Assembly: GCA_951406725.2 (NCBI GenBank)
Contig: OX597814.1
Span: 126,604,001-126,668,000, forward strand
Source: Octopus vulgaris
Lineage: Eukaryota
Length of the DNA: 64,000 nt
Reading direction: 5' to 3'
In this document: positions 39,130-53,800 of the stretch, one piece after another
Layout of the letters: the number at the start of each line of letters is the position of its first letter
Position numbering within the stretch: the first letter of the stretch is position 1
Notes under the pieces: generated by a model
Database searches by the model: none
The model's input: only the letters and a program-made list of their open reading frames with translations
What the model was told of the DNA's origin: nothing
Program-made: the position numbers and the translations under genes

Positions 39130-40680
39130 AATATTAAAAACACAATATTTAAAAAAAAAAAGGTAAACTGTTTCCAAATATTACGAATTCTAACGTTCAC
39201 TCACATCCTATAAATAACCCCACCGAATATAAAAATCAACAACACTTAAGAAGACACTATAGATTTTTCAAGTATAGCAATAATGATAGAGGACAGAATA
39301 GGAACTATTCTGGAAGGAAACAGGAAATTGTATGGTTTACATCCCCGTTCTCCCTCCAGGTAAAAAAACCTCCCTAAGTTATTTTTTAGCGTTATTGATA
39401 GGAACTGCCCATCTGGTCATAAATACCATTCCATATTTAATAGATCATGTCTTAAATTATCCTATTCTGCCACACTCAATCTTGGATCTATCATTGCAGC
39501 AAATAACAGACTAAATCTTAGAAATAACAAAACCATTAGAGATAATCTAGCTGATCCTAACATGATGAACAATAATAAGGACTTGGATGTTTAAAATAGT
39601 AAGACTAAACCCGGAAACAAAATAAAAACATGTAATTGTCGTAATAGGGAATTTTGTCCCCTTAAAGGCTTCTGTTTAAGGAGAAATACCATATATAAGG
39701 TCGAAGTCTCAAATCTAAATGAACCTAGAAAGATTTACATAGGTAGTACCTTTGACTTTAAAAGTAGATATAGGGCACATATAAACTTGTTCACTAACCA
39801 CAAAACAAAAAACTCAACTACACTCCCAACCTACATCAATAGATTAAAAATGAACAGCAAAGAATTTAGTATGAATTGGCCTATAATAAGGGAAGCCACA
39901 CCATATAATACACACATGAAGAATTGTGATTTATGCACAAAGGAGGTGATCCACATAATCCAAGCCAACAAAAATAGTTTACTCAGTAAATAATCTGACG
40001 TTATAATTACCTGTAGACACAAATATCTTTCAACATTTAAAGTTTTCAAAAATAATTAAACTATAGGATTCTAATTTAGCCTTTCTTCATATTATGGACT
40101 CTCCTAAAACGTTATATTATATATAGTGTCGTAATATACCTTATATTATACATTGTGTTTAATATCATATGCCCGAAGATAATGGTCCAATCAAACATTC
40201 GATTTTTATTTAATACACCTTTTCTTTTTAAATTTTAACCTTGTGATTCTGTTAACTCTGATGAGAGAAATATAGTGTATTACTATGGTTGGAGTTAGCT
40301 CACCCATAGCAACCTATATCTTTTCGAAACAACCGTAAGATTTTATACATGTTCTAGACTCCTTATGAATCATTTTACATCCGCTTTATCATCCTCTTCA
40401 TTCGGACTTTGCAAGTACATTTATGGACTTACACTTTTTATATATTTATATTTATGAATTTTTTATTCTGTTTATAAATTTTTATATGTGTATGAATTTT
40501 TATATATTTATAAATTTTTGTGTATATGTATGTATCTATAAATTCTTAGAAATTTTTTTTTATATCATATAGATGAATGCATCTATGTATGTACTTTGTA
40601 TACTGTGGAGAATTTCATTAATATGGATTGAATGAATATATACATTGGCCTTTGAATTTGTTTTCTCCTCTCCTTAATTA
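39130..40680 (+). mobile_element. Penelope-like element 3' half: GIY-YIG endonuclease and pLTR
   Basis: CNCRNREFCPLKGFCLRRNTIYKVE...IYIGST...CDLCTKE...CRHK at 39630-40025, followed by a hammerhead motif. Confidence 0.85.
40253..40342 (+). ncRNA. Type I hammerhead ribozyme-like motif
   Basis: tct-CTGATGA-[gagaaatatag...ttactatgg..gag ttag ctc..ccatagcaa...ctatatcttttc long stem II]-GAAAC-aacc-GTA-aga, directly downstream of a PLE endonuclease. Confidence 0.7.
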
Positions 40681-40697
40681 TATATATATATATATAT

Positions 40698-41940
40698 CAG
40701 GTTGAATCAAAAGGTTTTTCATATTTCCAGCTTTAATTAATAGTTTAAACAAATTACATATGAAAAGCATTTATTCATCAAAATATATGCCATTGTATTC
40801 TAGTGTGTTTCCATCTTTGTGCCAGAAGCTCAATTCCATGCTTAAACCACTTGGCTTGTTTAGAAACCAAAAACTCCCTGCACCTATTTTCACCCTCTTC
40901 CACTTGTTGAACCTCCATCTGTGCAGGAAATGACCTATGGTTCAGAAAGGGTGGCACTCTGATGGTGCATGGTCTGAGGAGGATGAGGCAGCACTTCCAG
41001 CCGTTCAAGTTTTCACTTGGCTGCATTGGCAATATATACTGGGGCATTGTTATACTGTAATGGTGTGTATCTTTGATTAACCAATGACAAATTGCAAGCT
41101 TTGAAAACATCATATACTCACTGCAGTTGTTGAGCATAAAGGTTAGCATTCACAACATTACCATCTGGTACAAACTCAAAGTACATCACCCCTTTGAAAT
41201 TCCACCCAACACACAGCATGACTTTCTATTTTAAGTGCCTTTGTTTGCCAACAGCTACTAAAGTATGGCTGGAATGAAGCCACTGATTTCTTTTATTAGG
41301 ATTATGAATATAGATCCATTTTCATCCCCAGTTACAATTAAATGCCAAAAACAAGCATCTTGAGAATTTGCTAGCAGTCATTTGCAAATGTTCACATGTC
41401 ATTAAGCCTGGTCATTGATCAATTATTGAGGAGCTTTTTGACAAAGGCAATTGTTCACAAGGCTGAGCTTATGGATAAGTCAATTGACAGTGCTTTGTGA
41501 AGGACCAAGTCCTGCAAATGTACACATGCTTGTATTTGGCTATTGGTCAGCCTTTTCAAGCAACACCTCATCTTCTACAACAGAATGTCTCCCCGACCTT
41601 GGTTTGTCTTTGAGGCTGGTATCACCTTCCTTGAAACATCTGAACCAGTTTTGTTCATTGACAGTTTTTGGACCTCCCACATTATTCATTTCTTTTGCTG
41701 CTGCCCTTACACTCAGTCATTTTTACTGCAAGTGGTGTAAAATGGCTCTAATTGCAATTTTTTCTCTACTCAAAGCTGTAAAACAAGAATAATCAATGTT
41801 TTTATGTCATATATGAAAATAAAAAATAAACCATTCAACTGCAATTGGACAAGTTGTATCAAATTAATGATATAATATGAAGATGCAAGTTACCAAAAAT
41901 TATCAGTAAAAATCTGAAAAAACTTTTGGCTCAAACCAGT
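40698..41940 (-). mobile_element. Mariner element, degraded
   Basis: Diverged TIRs; IVTGDEKWIY motif near 41315-41340; mariner-like C-terminus WFKHGIELLAQRW. Confidence 0.8.
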
Positions 41941-42377
41941 ACATGTTTATATATATATATATATTCCTGGTAAAGGCCAGTTTATGGGGTTACCCTAGGT
42001 TTCCTGTCCATATAGGCTTTAACTTTATGCCATATTGTCAAACCCCAAGACCTGTTGGAAGTTGATAGCTAACAAGATAGGGAGATAATCCCCTATTGTT
42101 TACCCTCATAGCTGAATGATGGTGTACGCCCGGAAGTCAATAGCCATTAGCAAAGGAAGATAATCCAGACTTTTCCCCTCCATATTTTAAAGAATCTTAA
42201 GCCAACAGATCTTGGTGCCTGACGATATACCATAAAGTTAAACCCTTTATGGATGAAAACCCAGGGTAACAACATAAACAGGCCTTCACCAAGAAAATTA
42301 TAGACTGCTCTACTTCTTAGAGTGTGCTTCTTTTCTGGATTTATGTTTTTCTAAAAATGATGTATATATGTGTATAC

Positions 42378-44158
42378 ACCACTGATGCCATATTTCTGGT
42401 AAGACAGCTGCAGGAGAAATACCTAGCCAAAGATAAGCCTCTGTACCTGGCTTTCATTGACATGGAGAAAGCCTTTGACAGGGTCCCCTGATCCCTTATC
42501 TGGTGGTCAATGAGGAAACTAGGGATAGATGAATGGCTAGTGAGAGCTGTGCAAGTCATGTACAGAGACGCTGTAAGTAAGGTGAGGGTTGGCAACTAGT
42601 ACACTAAAGAATTCAGGGTAGAGGTAAGGGTCCACCAAGGTTCAGTCCTCAGCCCCCTCCTATTTATCATAGTCCTCCAGGCAATAACGGAAGAATTCAA
42701 GACAGGATGCCCCTGGGAGCTCCTATATATTGATGACCTTGCTCTAATTGCTGAGTCACTATCAGAACTAGAGGCAAAGTTTCAAGTGTGGAGACAAGGA
42801 TTAGAATTGAAGGGCCTTAAAATAAACCTAGCTAAAACCAAAGTCCTAATATGTAGGAAGGCAGGCAAATCACAAATGCCTTCAGGTAGATGGCCCTGCT
42901 TGATCTGTAGAAAAGGCTTAGGTAGAAACTCTATAAGATGCACCAAGTGTAAGCTATGGACACATAAGAGGTGCAGCAATGTCCAAGGGAGGCTAACTGG
43001 GAAGATAGTTTTTGTATGTGGCAGATGCTCAGGAGCAATAAACACTGAAAATGCGCAGAGACCAACTTCCACCACATTCCAGGGAGAAAAACAAGAAATT
43101 GTTGATAGCTTCTGTTACCTAGGTGACCAAGTCAGTAGCAGGGGTGGGTGTGCTGAAAGTGTAACTGCTGGAGTAAGAATAGCCTGGGCAAAGTTCAGAG
43201 TGCTCTTACCTCTGCTGGTGGCAAAAGGCCTCTCGCTCAGAGTAAAAGGCAGACTGTATGATGCATGTGTACGAACATGAGGATATGAGCAAGCTCGCAA
43301 GAAATGAAGCCAGTATGCTCCGATGGATGTGTAATGTCAGTGTTCATACTTGACAGAGTGTAAGTACCTTGAGAAAAAAGATGGACCTAAGTATCAGTTG
43401 TGGTGTGCAAGAGAGATGTTTGCATTGGTATGGTCATGTAGCGAGAATGGATGAAGATAGTTGTGTGAAAAAGTGCCACACCCTAGCGGTTGAGGGAACC
43501 TGTGGAAGAGGTAGACCCAGGAAAACCTGGGACGAGGTGGTGAAGCACAACCTTTGAACTTTAGGTCTCACCGAGGAAATGACCAGAGACTGAGACCTTT
43601 GGAAGTATGCTGTGCGTGGAAAGACCCGGCAGGACAAGTGAGACCATAACCTCATGGCCTCTACCTGGGATGTAGCCAGTCCACTTATGCATACCTTTCC
43701 TTCTTGTGACACAAACCCTACTTGTGAAGACCTGTTGAGGCAAGTGAAAATCAAAATTGAGGCAAGTGAAAAAAGTGAAAATCAAAGTCAAAATCGATCA
43801 ACATCAATGGAAATTGTAGCTGTGATACCATTGCCGGTGGCACGTAAGAGAACCATCCGAACGTGGCTGTTGCCAGTGCCGCCCCGACTGGCCTCTGTGC
43901 CGGTGGCACGTAAAAAGCACCATCTGATCGTGGCCGTTTGCCAGCCTTGTCTGGCACCTGTGCAGCTGGCACGTAGAAAGCACCCACTACACTCACAGAG
44001 AGGTTGGCATTAGGAAGGGCATCCAGCCATAAAAACCATGCCAAAGCAAACATTGGAGCTCAATGCAGTCCTTAGATACATCAGACCTTGTCAAACCACC
44101 TAACTCATGTCAGCATGGAACATGGACATTAGATGATGATGATGATGATGATGATGAT
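42378..44158 (+). mobile_element. RTE-type LINE RT and 3' end
   Basis: LAFIDMEKAFDRV, VHQGSVLSPLLF, LYIDDL, a Cys-rich insert and a (GAT)n tail. Confidence 0.92.
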
Positions 44159-44160
44159 TG

Positions 44161-44220
<60 letters not shown>

Positions 44221-44649
44221 TGTGTGTAACAGTTATATGTAGTTGTTTATATGTCATGCTTTGGTTGAGACTTAAAGTTCAATTGCTTGGTATCACCAAA
44301 TGAGTAATGGATTTGTTTGAAAATTCGTGGAATAAATGACAGGAAAATAATAGTTGAAATGGCCTTATTTTACCATTATAATACCGAAAAAGAATAAGTA
44401 CTTCAAGTTGAAGTTTTGTTGTTCATTTTGTAAGTAGTTAATTTCATCTTTAGTTAACTGCTTGGAGACAGATCTGTTGGTTTGTTTTCATCCCCTTAAA
44501 TCTCCATAAGTAGCAGATTTTAAAAAATACAAGTACTAGAATTGATTTTTTTGTCTGAACCCTTCAAGATGGTACTTCAGTATGAATACGGTCCAATGAC
44601 TGAAACTAGTAAAAGATAATATAAATATAAAATGCAAAAAACAATTATT

Positions 44650-44960
44650 AAAACAAAATTAACGGAACTTTATTGAAATTTCAAGGATGTAAGATATTTT
44701 TAGCATAAAATTTATTTATTACTTGACATTGCTTGCTAGCTACAAGGTCTTTAATACATGGTTGAATTCCTGTTAGAATATAACTTAAGTTGCTATGACA
44801 TTCAGCTTGTTTCTGTATTGGTTCTTAACAGCAATAAGTGTTGAAGATGCTACTTTAGAAAGATACGTAGTTGTGAACACTGCCAGCATCTTAAGATGCC
44901 GGATAACCAAAGGTCTTCTCAGTTCTCAGACAAGAAATATCCTTGAAAAAACTATGCTCT
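44650..44960 (-). mobile_element. hAT (Buster/Charlie-like) transposase C-terminal fragment
   Basis: LKMLAVFTTTYLSKVASSTLIAVKNQYRNKLNV...GIQPCIKDLVASKQCQV dimerisation-like motif; 3' part repeated at ~49980-50095. Confidence 0.7.
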
Positions 44961-46309
44961 TCCTAAAAAAATTCATCATCATCATCATTGTCATTATCAT
45001 TTACCATCCATTTTCCATGCTGGCATGGGTTGGATGGTTTGACAGGATCAAATGAGTCACAGGGCTGTGTTGAGTTCCAATGTCAACTTTGATGTGGCTT
45101 TGATGGCTAGATGCCTTTCATGACATCAACCATGGGTTGTCATGGGTCCTAATGAGATCACCAAGCAACTTGCAAGATAAATAAAGAAGAGGAAAAATGC
45201 TCCTCAACTGAGTGGGTGGGGTGTATTTGAGGTAGCTGTAGTGGCTTTATGCCTACACCTTTCCTACATATTGAGCAGAGGGCCATTTTCCTGAATGAGA
45301 AAAGTCTTGTCTGTTTTTTTCTGCTTACTCAAACTTTGATCTTTGTTAAGTTAACTTTTAGGCCTTTAATTTAGATTGTGCCTTTCCGTATCTCAATTCT
45401 CTCTGACACACTATCTTGTAATCCAAACACTTCACACTTCTGATTCTCACTCTGTAAGACATCGGCAAACCTCTTACTTTCTGTTTCTGTCCTTGCACAC
45501 ATAGACACACATATAAATATACACCTATACAAACACACACATGTATAGGCATGTAAGCATACAAGGTAGTATACCCAGAAATAACTGGAAACATTCTCTG
45601 AGGGACAGATCCACTGTAGTTCAAGCCTCTGCTGCTAGAAGCCACTTTATTGTGATCCTCAGGTATCAGTCTGCCAATCAGCAGCAGTGGACGTGGTTTT
45701 ACTGCCATGTGGTGCGTCTTTGTTTTGCAGTGCTTCTCCCCTGTTCCTTGATTTTTGCAATGACTGAAACAAAAGAACAACATGCTTACATGAAATTCTG
45801 TTTTCTGCTGGGTAAACGGTGGCCAAAACAGTTGTCATGCTTCAAACAGCTTACAAGGACGCTACCATGAGCAAAACACAAGTTTACAAGTTGTTTCCAA
45901 GCTTTAGGAATTGTCACTTGTCACTCGAAAACCACAGAAGTGACAGTGGGGATGGGTAGGGAGTGGTGGAAAAGGGAGAATGTTTTGAGACATGTGTCTC
46001 AATAAGATCACAGAACATGAGAACTGCATGGCTCAGATGCCATGCAGTGGAACTAAACCCAAGACTACAAGGTTGGGAAACAAGCATTTTAACTACATAG
46101 CCAAACCTGCAAGTAATAGTAACTGATTTCTATCAAATAGCACCCTAAAACCCTACAGGATTAAAAAGGAGAGATACACATTAAATAATAGAATCCTTGA
46201 TACTCCAAAACAGAGAGAAAGTTCATGTTCGAATGTCTTTGATCATAAGTCTGCTTGATCAGAGCTAAACCTGGGGCTATACAACAACAACTACAACACA
46301 ACAAATATT

Positions 46310-46532
46310 TAGATTTCTTTTATTTCTTTTACTTGTTTCAGTCATTTGACTGCGGCCATGCTGGAGCACTGCCTTTAGTCAAGCAAATCGACCCCCAGGA
46401 CTTATTCTTTGTAAGCCTAGTACTTATTCTATCAGTCTCTCTTGCCGAACCACTAAGTGACAGGATGTAAACACACCAGCATCGGTTGTCAAGTGATGTT
46501 GGGGGGACAAACGCAGAAACACAAACATATAC

Positions 46533-46590
<58 letters not shown>

Positions 46591-46780
46591 GATAGGCCTC
46601 TTTCAGTTTCCATCTACCATATCCACTCACAAGGCTTTGGTCGACTCAAGGCTATAGTAGAAGACACTTGCCCAAGGTGCCACGAAGTGGGACTGAACCC
46701 AGAACCATGTGGTTGGTAAGCAAGCTACTTCCCACACAGCCACTCCTGTGCCTAGCTACTTACCACACAGCCACTCCTGC
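46310..46780 (-). mobile_element. tRNA-derived SINE
   Basis: Same family as 25670-26075; short tandem duplication of the head at 46725-46780. Confidence 0.85.
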
Positions 46781-47751
46781 ACTTTATATATAACACTTAG
46801 CATAGTTATTAATTTGTCAGAGACAAGGTAACATGTGAAATTGATGTTTAATACTTCAATACAAAATTATATTTAATGAAATGTTGAAACTGACTCATTC
46901 TATTTTCAAAACTAATTTATTAATACACTCTCTCAGTGAATTTTATTAGTTCTTTATCCTACCACTCACTCAAGCAAGACATGTATGATATCACTAAGTA
47001 TACAAACAATTTCTTTTTTGTTACCTCTTGATCCATTCAACTCTGAAATGCAATTAAATTCTAATGAGATTGCCATAAATTATTTTTCTTTAGTTGTGAA
47101 GAGCTAAAGAGCCAGTAAAGGAACCTCTATGTAGTTGCTTTTCACACTAGCAATAGCAACCAAATCTCCCTCAAATTATATCCTGCTGTTTTTTTTTCTT
47201 CTCTTTTTGATCAATATTGTATATAGTTGTGTATAGATATAAGGCAGTGAGCTGACAGAACCATGAGCATGCCAAACAAAATGCTTAATAGCAATTTGTC
47301 CATCTTTATGTTCTGAGTTCAAATTCCACCAAGATCAACTTCACCTTTTGTCCTTTCCGAGGTCAATAAAGTAAGTACCAGTTGAGCTCTGGGATCAATT
47401 TAATCAACTTAACTCCTTTTCCAAAATTGCTGGCCTTGTGCCAAAATTTGAAATCATTATTATATATACATACAAAAGCCATGATCTATATTATATATAG
47501 ATATAAAAGAAGACTGGTTAGCACAGGCTGGAGCACCTTTAATCATGTTTGTTTGATCTAGGCTGACCTGGGATTAAGCAACAACAATAGGTGCAGGTAT
47601 AGCTCTGTAATTAAGGTGTTGCTTCACAACCATATGGTTCCAGATTCAGTCTCAATATGTGGAATTCTGAGGCAAGTATCTTCTGTCATAATCTTGAGTG
47701 GAAGTTAGTAGGAAGAAATCGTGAGAAAAACCTCCCTATATATTGCATATA

Positions 47752-48074
47752 CAGTGGCAGACTGGCCATCTTGCCCAATGGCAATTGGGCCTCTGTGCCA
47801 TTAGAATCCATATATGGGGGCCCATGTTAGTATCTAAGGAGCCTGTCCCCTCAAGTTTGAGAATCTTTTATTCACTCCTAGAAGAATGCATTATTTCAGC
47901 TTGGCTGTGTTTGTAAACAATTGAAAAGAATATTTTTAACAAAAAAAAAAATTAAATGATAGCATTGTAGTTATGGGTGGGCCCCCTTATAGTTGCAGGT
48001 GAGCCCCTTTATAGTTTCAGGTGGGCCTCCTTAGTCTCTTGGCAACCAATGTTTTTAGACCCAGTCTGCCACTG
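47752..48074. mobile_element. hAT-type MITE
   Basis: TIR cagtggcagactgg / ccagtctgccactg with a perfect 8-bp TSD tgcatata. Confidence 0.92.
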
Positions 48075-49335
48075 TGCATATACATGTGTTTGTGTGGATA
48101 CCTGTGTGAGAGAGTGTGTGTGTACAGCATAATCCTGTGTGTTGTAAAGGTTAACTGAAAGGGTTCATCTCAAGAAGGACAGCCAGCCATAAAACATTAC
48201 TACAAAAATCCTAACTTGTGCTTCAATGTGCAGCCAATGGATGAAAAGCAATGATGTGTACAAGATTCACTGACATATATTAACAAGAAAACTGAAACTC
48301 AAGTGCTTTCAAACGAAAGTTCCTCGTGATATTTGTTCCACCCAAGTTGCCCAACACTTCCTTGTTACTCCTGACACCATAAATGCCATAAAGCAGTGAT
48401 AGGCTCATTGAAGCCAGTAACTAACAATACTCTTGCTCGCAAAATGTGATATATAATAAATGTAGAGCTGATACTATAGCTATTGTACTTATATTAACAT
48501 ATACGCTTCTTTATATTGTAGGAAATAAGATACACAAAGTTGGTTGTATGTAAGGAGGTGACACCAGACAGAAGTTTACGATGAAGTAATTGCTGGATAC
48601 ACAATCTTTATAAACAGTTGTAAGATGGTGGAATAGACATGAGAATTGTGTTAGTTTTAACATTCTTAAGATTTAAAATATAGAGAAATATCTTCCAAAC
48701 TATTTACTATTCTATTGACTTTAGTCGTTCTTTCTTACCACACCTTGCTTTCATCTAAAAGCCAGTTAATCTCAAGTACTTTGATTCCAGCACAATTCCT
48801 GCTCTCTTTCCAGCAAATTGATGTGAAAGTCTTTGTCTTCAAAGCCAGCATCATGACAATGGTATTAAAGGAATGTTTGAAACACGCACGCACACACAGA
48901 CACTCATTCTTACACATATTCACTCATACACACATATTCATACAACCACATGATCGTACATGCACATACACACCCACATAGCCATAGCCAAACACAGTCA
49001 CTGGAAGAAAATAAACCAAGTGTCATGATTTCAGTTATTAAAAATACATAAAAAAAAAAGTAAAATAAGAAAGAAACCTGACTTCTGTCTGTCATTGATG
49101 ATTGTTGCTGACGTTACTGAGATTGCACACTTTGGTGCACACACACTGTTTCTTAGTTTATTCCCACCAACATATTACTATCATTGACTCAGAGAAGAAA
49201 AATAGTTTCTCTCCTACCATTTTACAATCATTGATCCATGAGCCAGCAAGGAAGCCTCAACCAGCAAGAAATAGCGGTTAAATTTTTTCAAATCACACTA
49301 TCACCTTAGAAAGAACAAAGTCCTTTTATTCCTAA

Positions 49336-49725
49336 TTAGCAGTATCACCCGGCGTTGCTCGGGTTTGTTTTGAGCCTTTAGAATTGGAATTTTTGAAAAG
49401 TAAAAATTTTGCATTATGTAGCTTGTTATTCTCTTTAAGTGAACATTTTTCTGGTTGAAATACACCAAAAAATGGTGACACAGCAATAAAAAAAATTGTA
49501 AAAAATAGAGATTTTCAGAGAAAAAAAGCACCTTTTTGATGTAAATAACTTTTGGTGTTAACATGGTCCGATTTGAATTTTTTCTTCTACAGAAGGTAGA
49601 GCAAGCCTTCTATCATACTCTCAATTTTGGTCAACTTGCACCACAGGATCTCCAAGGAGATAGTGTTAGTTGAAGGCTACCAAACCTGCCATACACAGAC
49701 AACTTCAGCTTTATATATAGAGAGA
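49336..49725 (-). mobile_element. Non-autonomous Helitron
   Basis: Minus strand starts TCTCTCTATATATAAAG and ends cccgagcaacgccgggtgatactgCTAA, between A and T. Confidence 0.85.
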
Positions 49726-50744
49726 TTACTGTTTAATGCTGATATTGGTATATTTATCCTGACCAGGATGTCCAATAGCACAACTCAGTCACTGACATCA
49801 ACTGTTTTTTAGTTAAAACTACAGCTTTGAATCTGCCTAAGGTTATCTCTCTTTGGTATTTCCCATTAAAGAAGGTTAAAGAGCTAGAAATATGTGTTAG
49901 GAGGCAGCTCTGGGCAGATATGGTGTTTTACACCTTTTACCCGAAGAGAATTTTTTTCTCCCTGGTGACTGCAAAACATGATTAAAGCAAAATTAACAGA
50001 ACAAGAAATAGTTTTTAAAAATTATTGAAATTTCAAGGATGTAAGATATTTTTGGCATAAAATTTATTTATCACTTGACATTGCTTGCTAGCTATAGATA
50101 ATGTACTTTTAAATTCCACCCACCACCCACAGCTCTCTCCTATTTCCTTCATTCTCTCTTCTAACTGTTATTCTCCATTGATCATGCTTCCACCTGCATC
50201 TCCATTCACTTCTATCCCAATGTCTAGCCATCTGTCATGCTTCTTTCACACCCTTGCAAACTTGCCTTCCCACTCACCCTTTCTAATCCTCTGTCTTATA
50301 TTCAAGCTGAGAGATAAGAAATATTTCATAATCAATAGATGCACACAAGGAGCTAACAGTTGCAACATCCAAGAAAAAATGTCTCTTAATTACCTTGAAG
50401 GCAATTAGAAATTATTGAAATTGTCTGTTACCCAGGTGACCTAATTAACATGGGAGGTGGGTGTTCCATTCCAAAGCATAGTAACAGAGTAAAGACGGTA
50501 AAATAGGGTGGAAAATATTCAAAGGGATATTACCTCAGTTAACAACAAAGGCTACTTCATTGGATCATATTTATATATATATATACACATGTATATATTA
50601 GAATATTGCATATATTCCATTATGCCTATAAAACAGATTTACGAATTCAATACCCATACATATCGTATATCTATTTTCTTTCCTCCATCTCACTCTCTAT
50701 TTGTATCACATCGAAACTAACTATGACTTAATTTTGCCTCTCAC

Positions 50745-50800
50745 ACCGTCTCCGATGAAGGGATATTATTAATTAATATCCTAGAAACAGCTGTAAGAGC
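50745..50800 (+). ncRNA. Minimal hammerhead-like motif (Penelope type)
   Basis: tct-CCGATGA-agggatattattaattaatatcct-a-GAAA-CAGCTG-TA-aga; palindromic helix III; core has C in place of U4. Confidence 0.55.
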
Positions 50801-53800
50801 TTCTATCTATAAATGCTCTAATATTTATACAGCCTTGGTTTTTTATCTCATTACACAAAATATTCTTATATACATGTATATTATCATTTCCTCATCATCG
50901 TCGTCATTTTAATGTCCACTTTTCCACACTGTATTGGTCAGATGAGACTATGTTGAAGCAGATTTTTCCTATAACTAGATACCCTTCCTGATACTAACCT
51001 TTACCTGTTCCAAGCAAGACAATAATCTCCAGTCTGGGCTGTTCAAACAATGAACAGCCTAGACATGGTTACACACAGAAATGGAAACAACTGACACAAT
51101 TTGAATGAGCCATTTGTTTACAAAGATCATACATTTTGTCAAGAAGCCCAAATATGCTTCCATGGTGGAATGCAAGCAAAGACATCAACAAGGAAGCCTC
51201 TACATGATTGCTCAACCTGTTAGAAATAGCAACCAAATCTTTATCAAATCATATCCTTTAGTCTCTTTATATAAAAAGAAAACTGGATAATGTAGCCCTA
51301 GATGCATTGTGTTTCAATAAAAGATGGAATGATTAAGGCGAATGAGTTTTTTGGCCATAGGCTTGTTTGATCAGGGCTGACCTGGGTCTAAGCAATAACA
51401 AAGGATTCTCACTTCACATGAAGGGCTGACTGTATAGTGTTTGTCTGTGAAGTACAATATTGCATGATAGCGAGATATGGCTGCTGAATGTGGAGGATAT
51501 GCTGAGGCAGGACAGAAATATGAGCCTGCCTAGATGGATGTGTAATGTCAGCATGCATGAAGAACAGAGAAGAAATGTGATAAGAGAAAACTTGAGCATC
51601 AGAGGTGATGGTACAGACATGTAATACATATGAAGAATGATAGTTGGGTGAAAAGCTCAAATAATTCATGTAGGAGTCTGTGAAAAATAAAGACCAAAGA
51701 AGACGTGAACAGGATGCTGAATCACACCAAAGAAACAATGAAGGATCTCAACAAGTGGAGAGACATTGTTTTGAAACTAACCATCCAGCATAGAATCACA
51801 AATGTAAAAATAATGATGGTACCAATGATGATGATATAAGCTAACGAGAGATATTTTATTGATTTTAATTGAATTCCCATCAGGAAATTATTGATAACTT
51901 AGTTTGAAATTTTTTTTTTAACTAATCCATTTCCATTAATTCATGAATCTTTCATCATGAAATTACATAGATACATCACTTGTTAAATAAGCCAGACATT
52001 TTATAAACAGTTAGTTGTTTTTGTCTCTCTCACCAAATGTAAACTGTTTTTATAGCAATATTAAATTATTGTAGGAGTATTTGGTGTTGTTGTTGTAGAA
52101 AGTATTTTCTGAAAACTTAGTTCTGTTACAAGTAGTTATCACAGTTTTAATACCATTTGACTTGCTGCCAATAACAATTTATTCAACTTTTATGCCAGGA
52201 CCTAATCAGAAACACCAGCCAGAAAATTATTTCTTTCAACACTGGGTTGAAAGAAACTTGTTTCACAACAGAAAATCAATATTGAAAACTTCCATGAGAG
52301 TGTTTGCAACAACATCAACAACAACAATAACAATGATAATTTCCAACATAGGCACAAGGTTAGAAATTGAGGGCTGATGAACAGATAATTATATTGATTG
52401 CAGTACTTGACTGGTAATTATTTTATCAACCTCAGAAATTTAAAAGCAAAGTTGGTCATGGCAAAATTTGAACTCAAAATGTAAAGGGCCATAACTAAAT
52501 ACCACAAGCATTTTGTTTTTTGTTGTAATGACGCCACCATAATTAAAGTTTCTTACAAGATTCTTCAATAATTAAAATAATGATTGCCACAAGAATGACA
52601 AATTGAATGATTATAACAAAGGCTACTTACTAAACAATTAATACAAATTATCCAGTGGGTAATAATTTTCCTGAGTTAGGCACAAAGCCAGCAATGTTCA
52701 GGTGAAGGGTTAATCAGTACCATCAATGCCAGTACTTTAGCATTTTACTTTATCAACCACAAAGAGATGAAAGGTAAATTTACCCTCAGTAGGATTTGAA
52801 TTCAGAAAGTAAAGAACCAGAAAGCATTTTTCCAATGCTCTAATCATTCAGCCAGCCCATAACCCTAATAAAACAAGTTATAATGGTTTTTAGAAGGGGG
52901 TTAGTCAATTACATTGCCCCAATACTTAACTGGTGCTTTATTGACTCCAAAAGGATAAAAAAGCAGCCTTAACTTCAATGGGATTTGAACTCAGAATAAG
53001 ATTAATAATAGCAAACACAACATAGCTGTGTGGTTAAGAAGTTTACTTTGCAACCCTAGAATTCCAGGTTCAGTCATGCTAACCTTGGCACCTAGGCTTC
53101 AGATTGACAAGTTATTCAATCCATACTAGCATGGAAAAAATGAACATAGAGGTGCAGGTGTGGTTGTGAGGTAAGAAGTTTGCTTCTCAACTACATTGTT
53201 ACAGGTTCAGTCCCATTGTGTGGCACCTTGGGAAGTGTTTTCTACTATAACCTCAGGTCAACCAAAGTCTTGTGAGAGGATTTGGTTAATATGTTTGTTT
53301 AGTTCCATGTAACTTAGAAGTTTAGCATAAGAGACAGGTAGAATAAATACCAAGCTTAAAAATAAGTATTTGGTCAATTCATTTGAATAAAACCCTTCAA
53401 TGTGGTACCCCAGTATGGCCACAGTCCAGTGACTGAGACAAGTAAAAGATAAAATGATGAAGATGATAACAGCAAATGTTTACATCAAATAAATAAATTT
53501 TAATATCTTAAGTGGAATATTTTCTCAGGAATTCTATGACTTTCTCAGGAATTCTAGACTTTGCTGTGTAAATACAATGACATCAGAAGTGCTTACAGTG
53601 ACAGACAAAGATGACAAGCTGATAGAATTGCTACTGCACTCTGGTGCAGTAGAATGCTTAGCAGCAATTCTTCCAGCTTTACATTCTGAGTTCAAATGCT
53701 GCTGGGGTTGATTTTGCCTTTCATCCTCTCAGGGTCAATAAAATATGTACAAATTTAGTACTGGGGTTGATGTAATCAACTTATCCCCACCGCCAAAATT

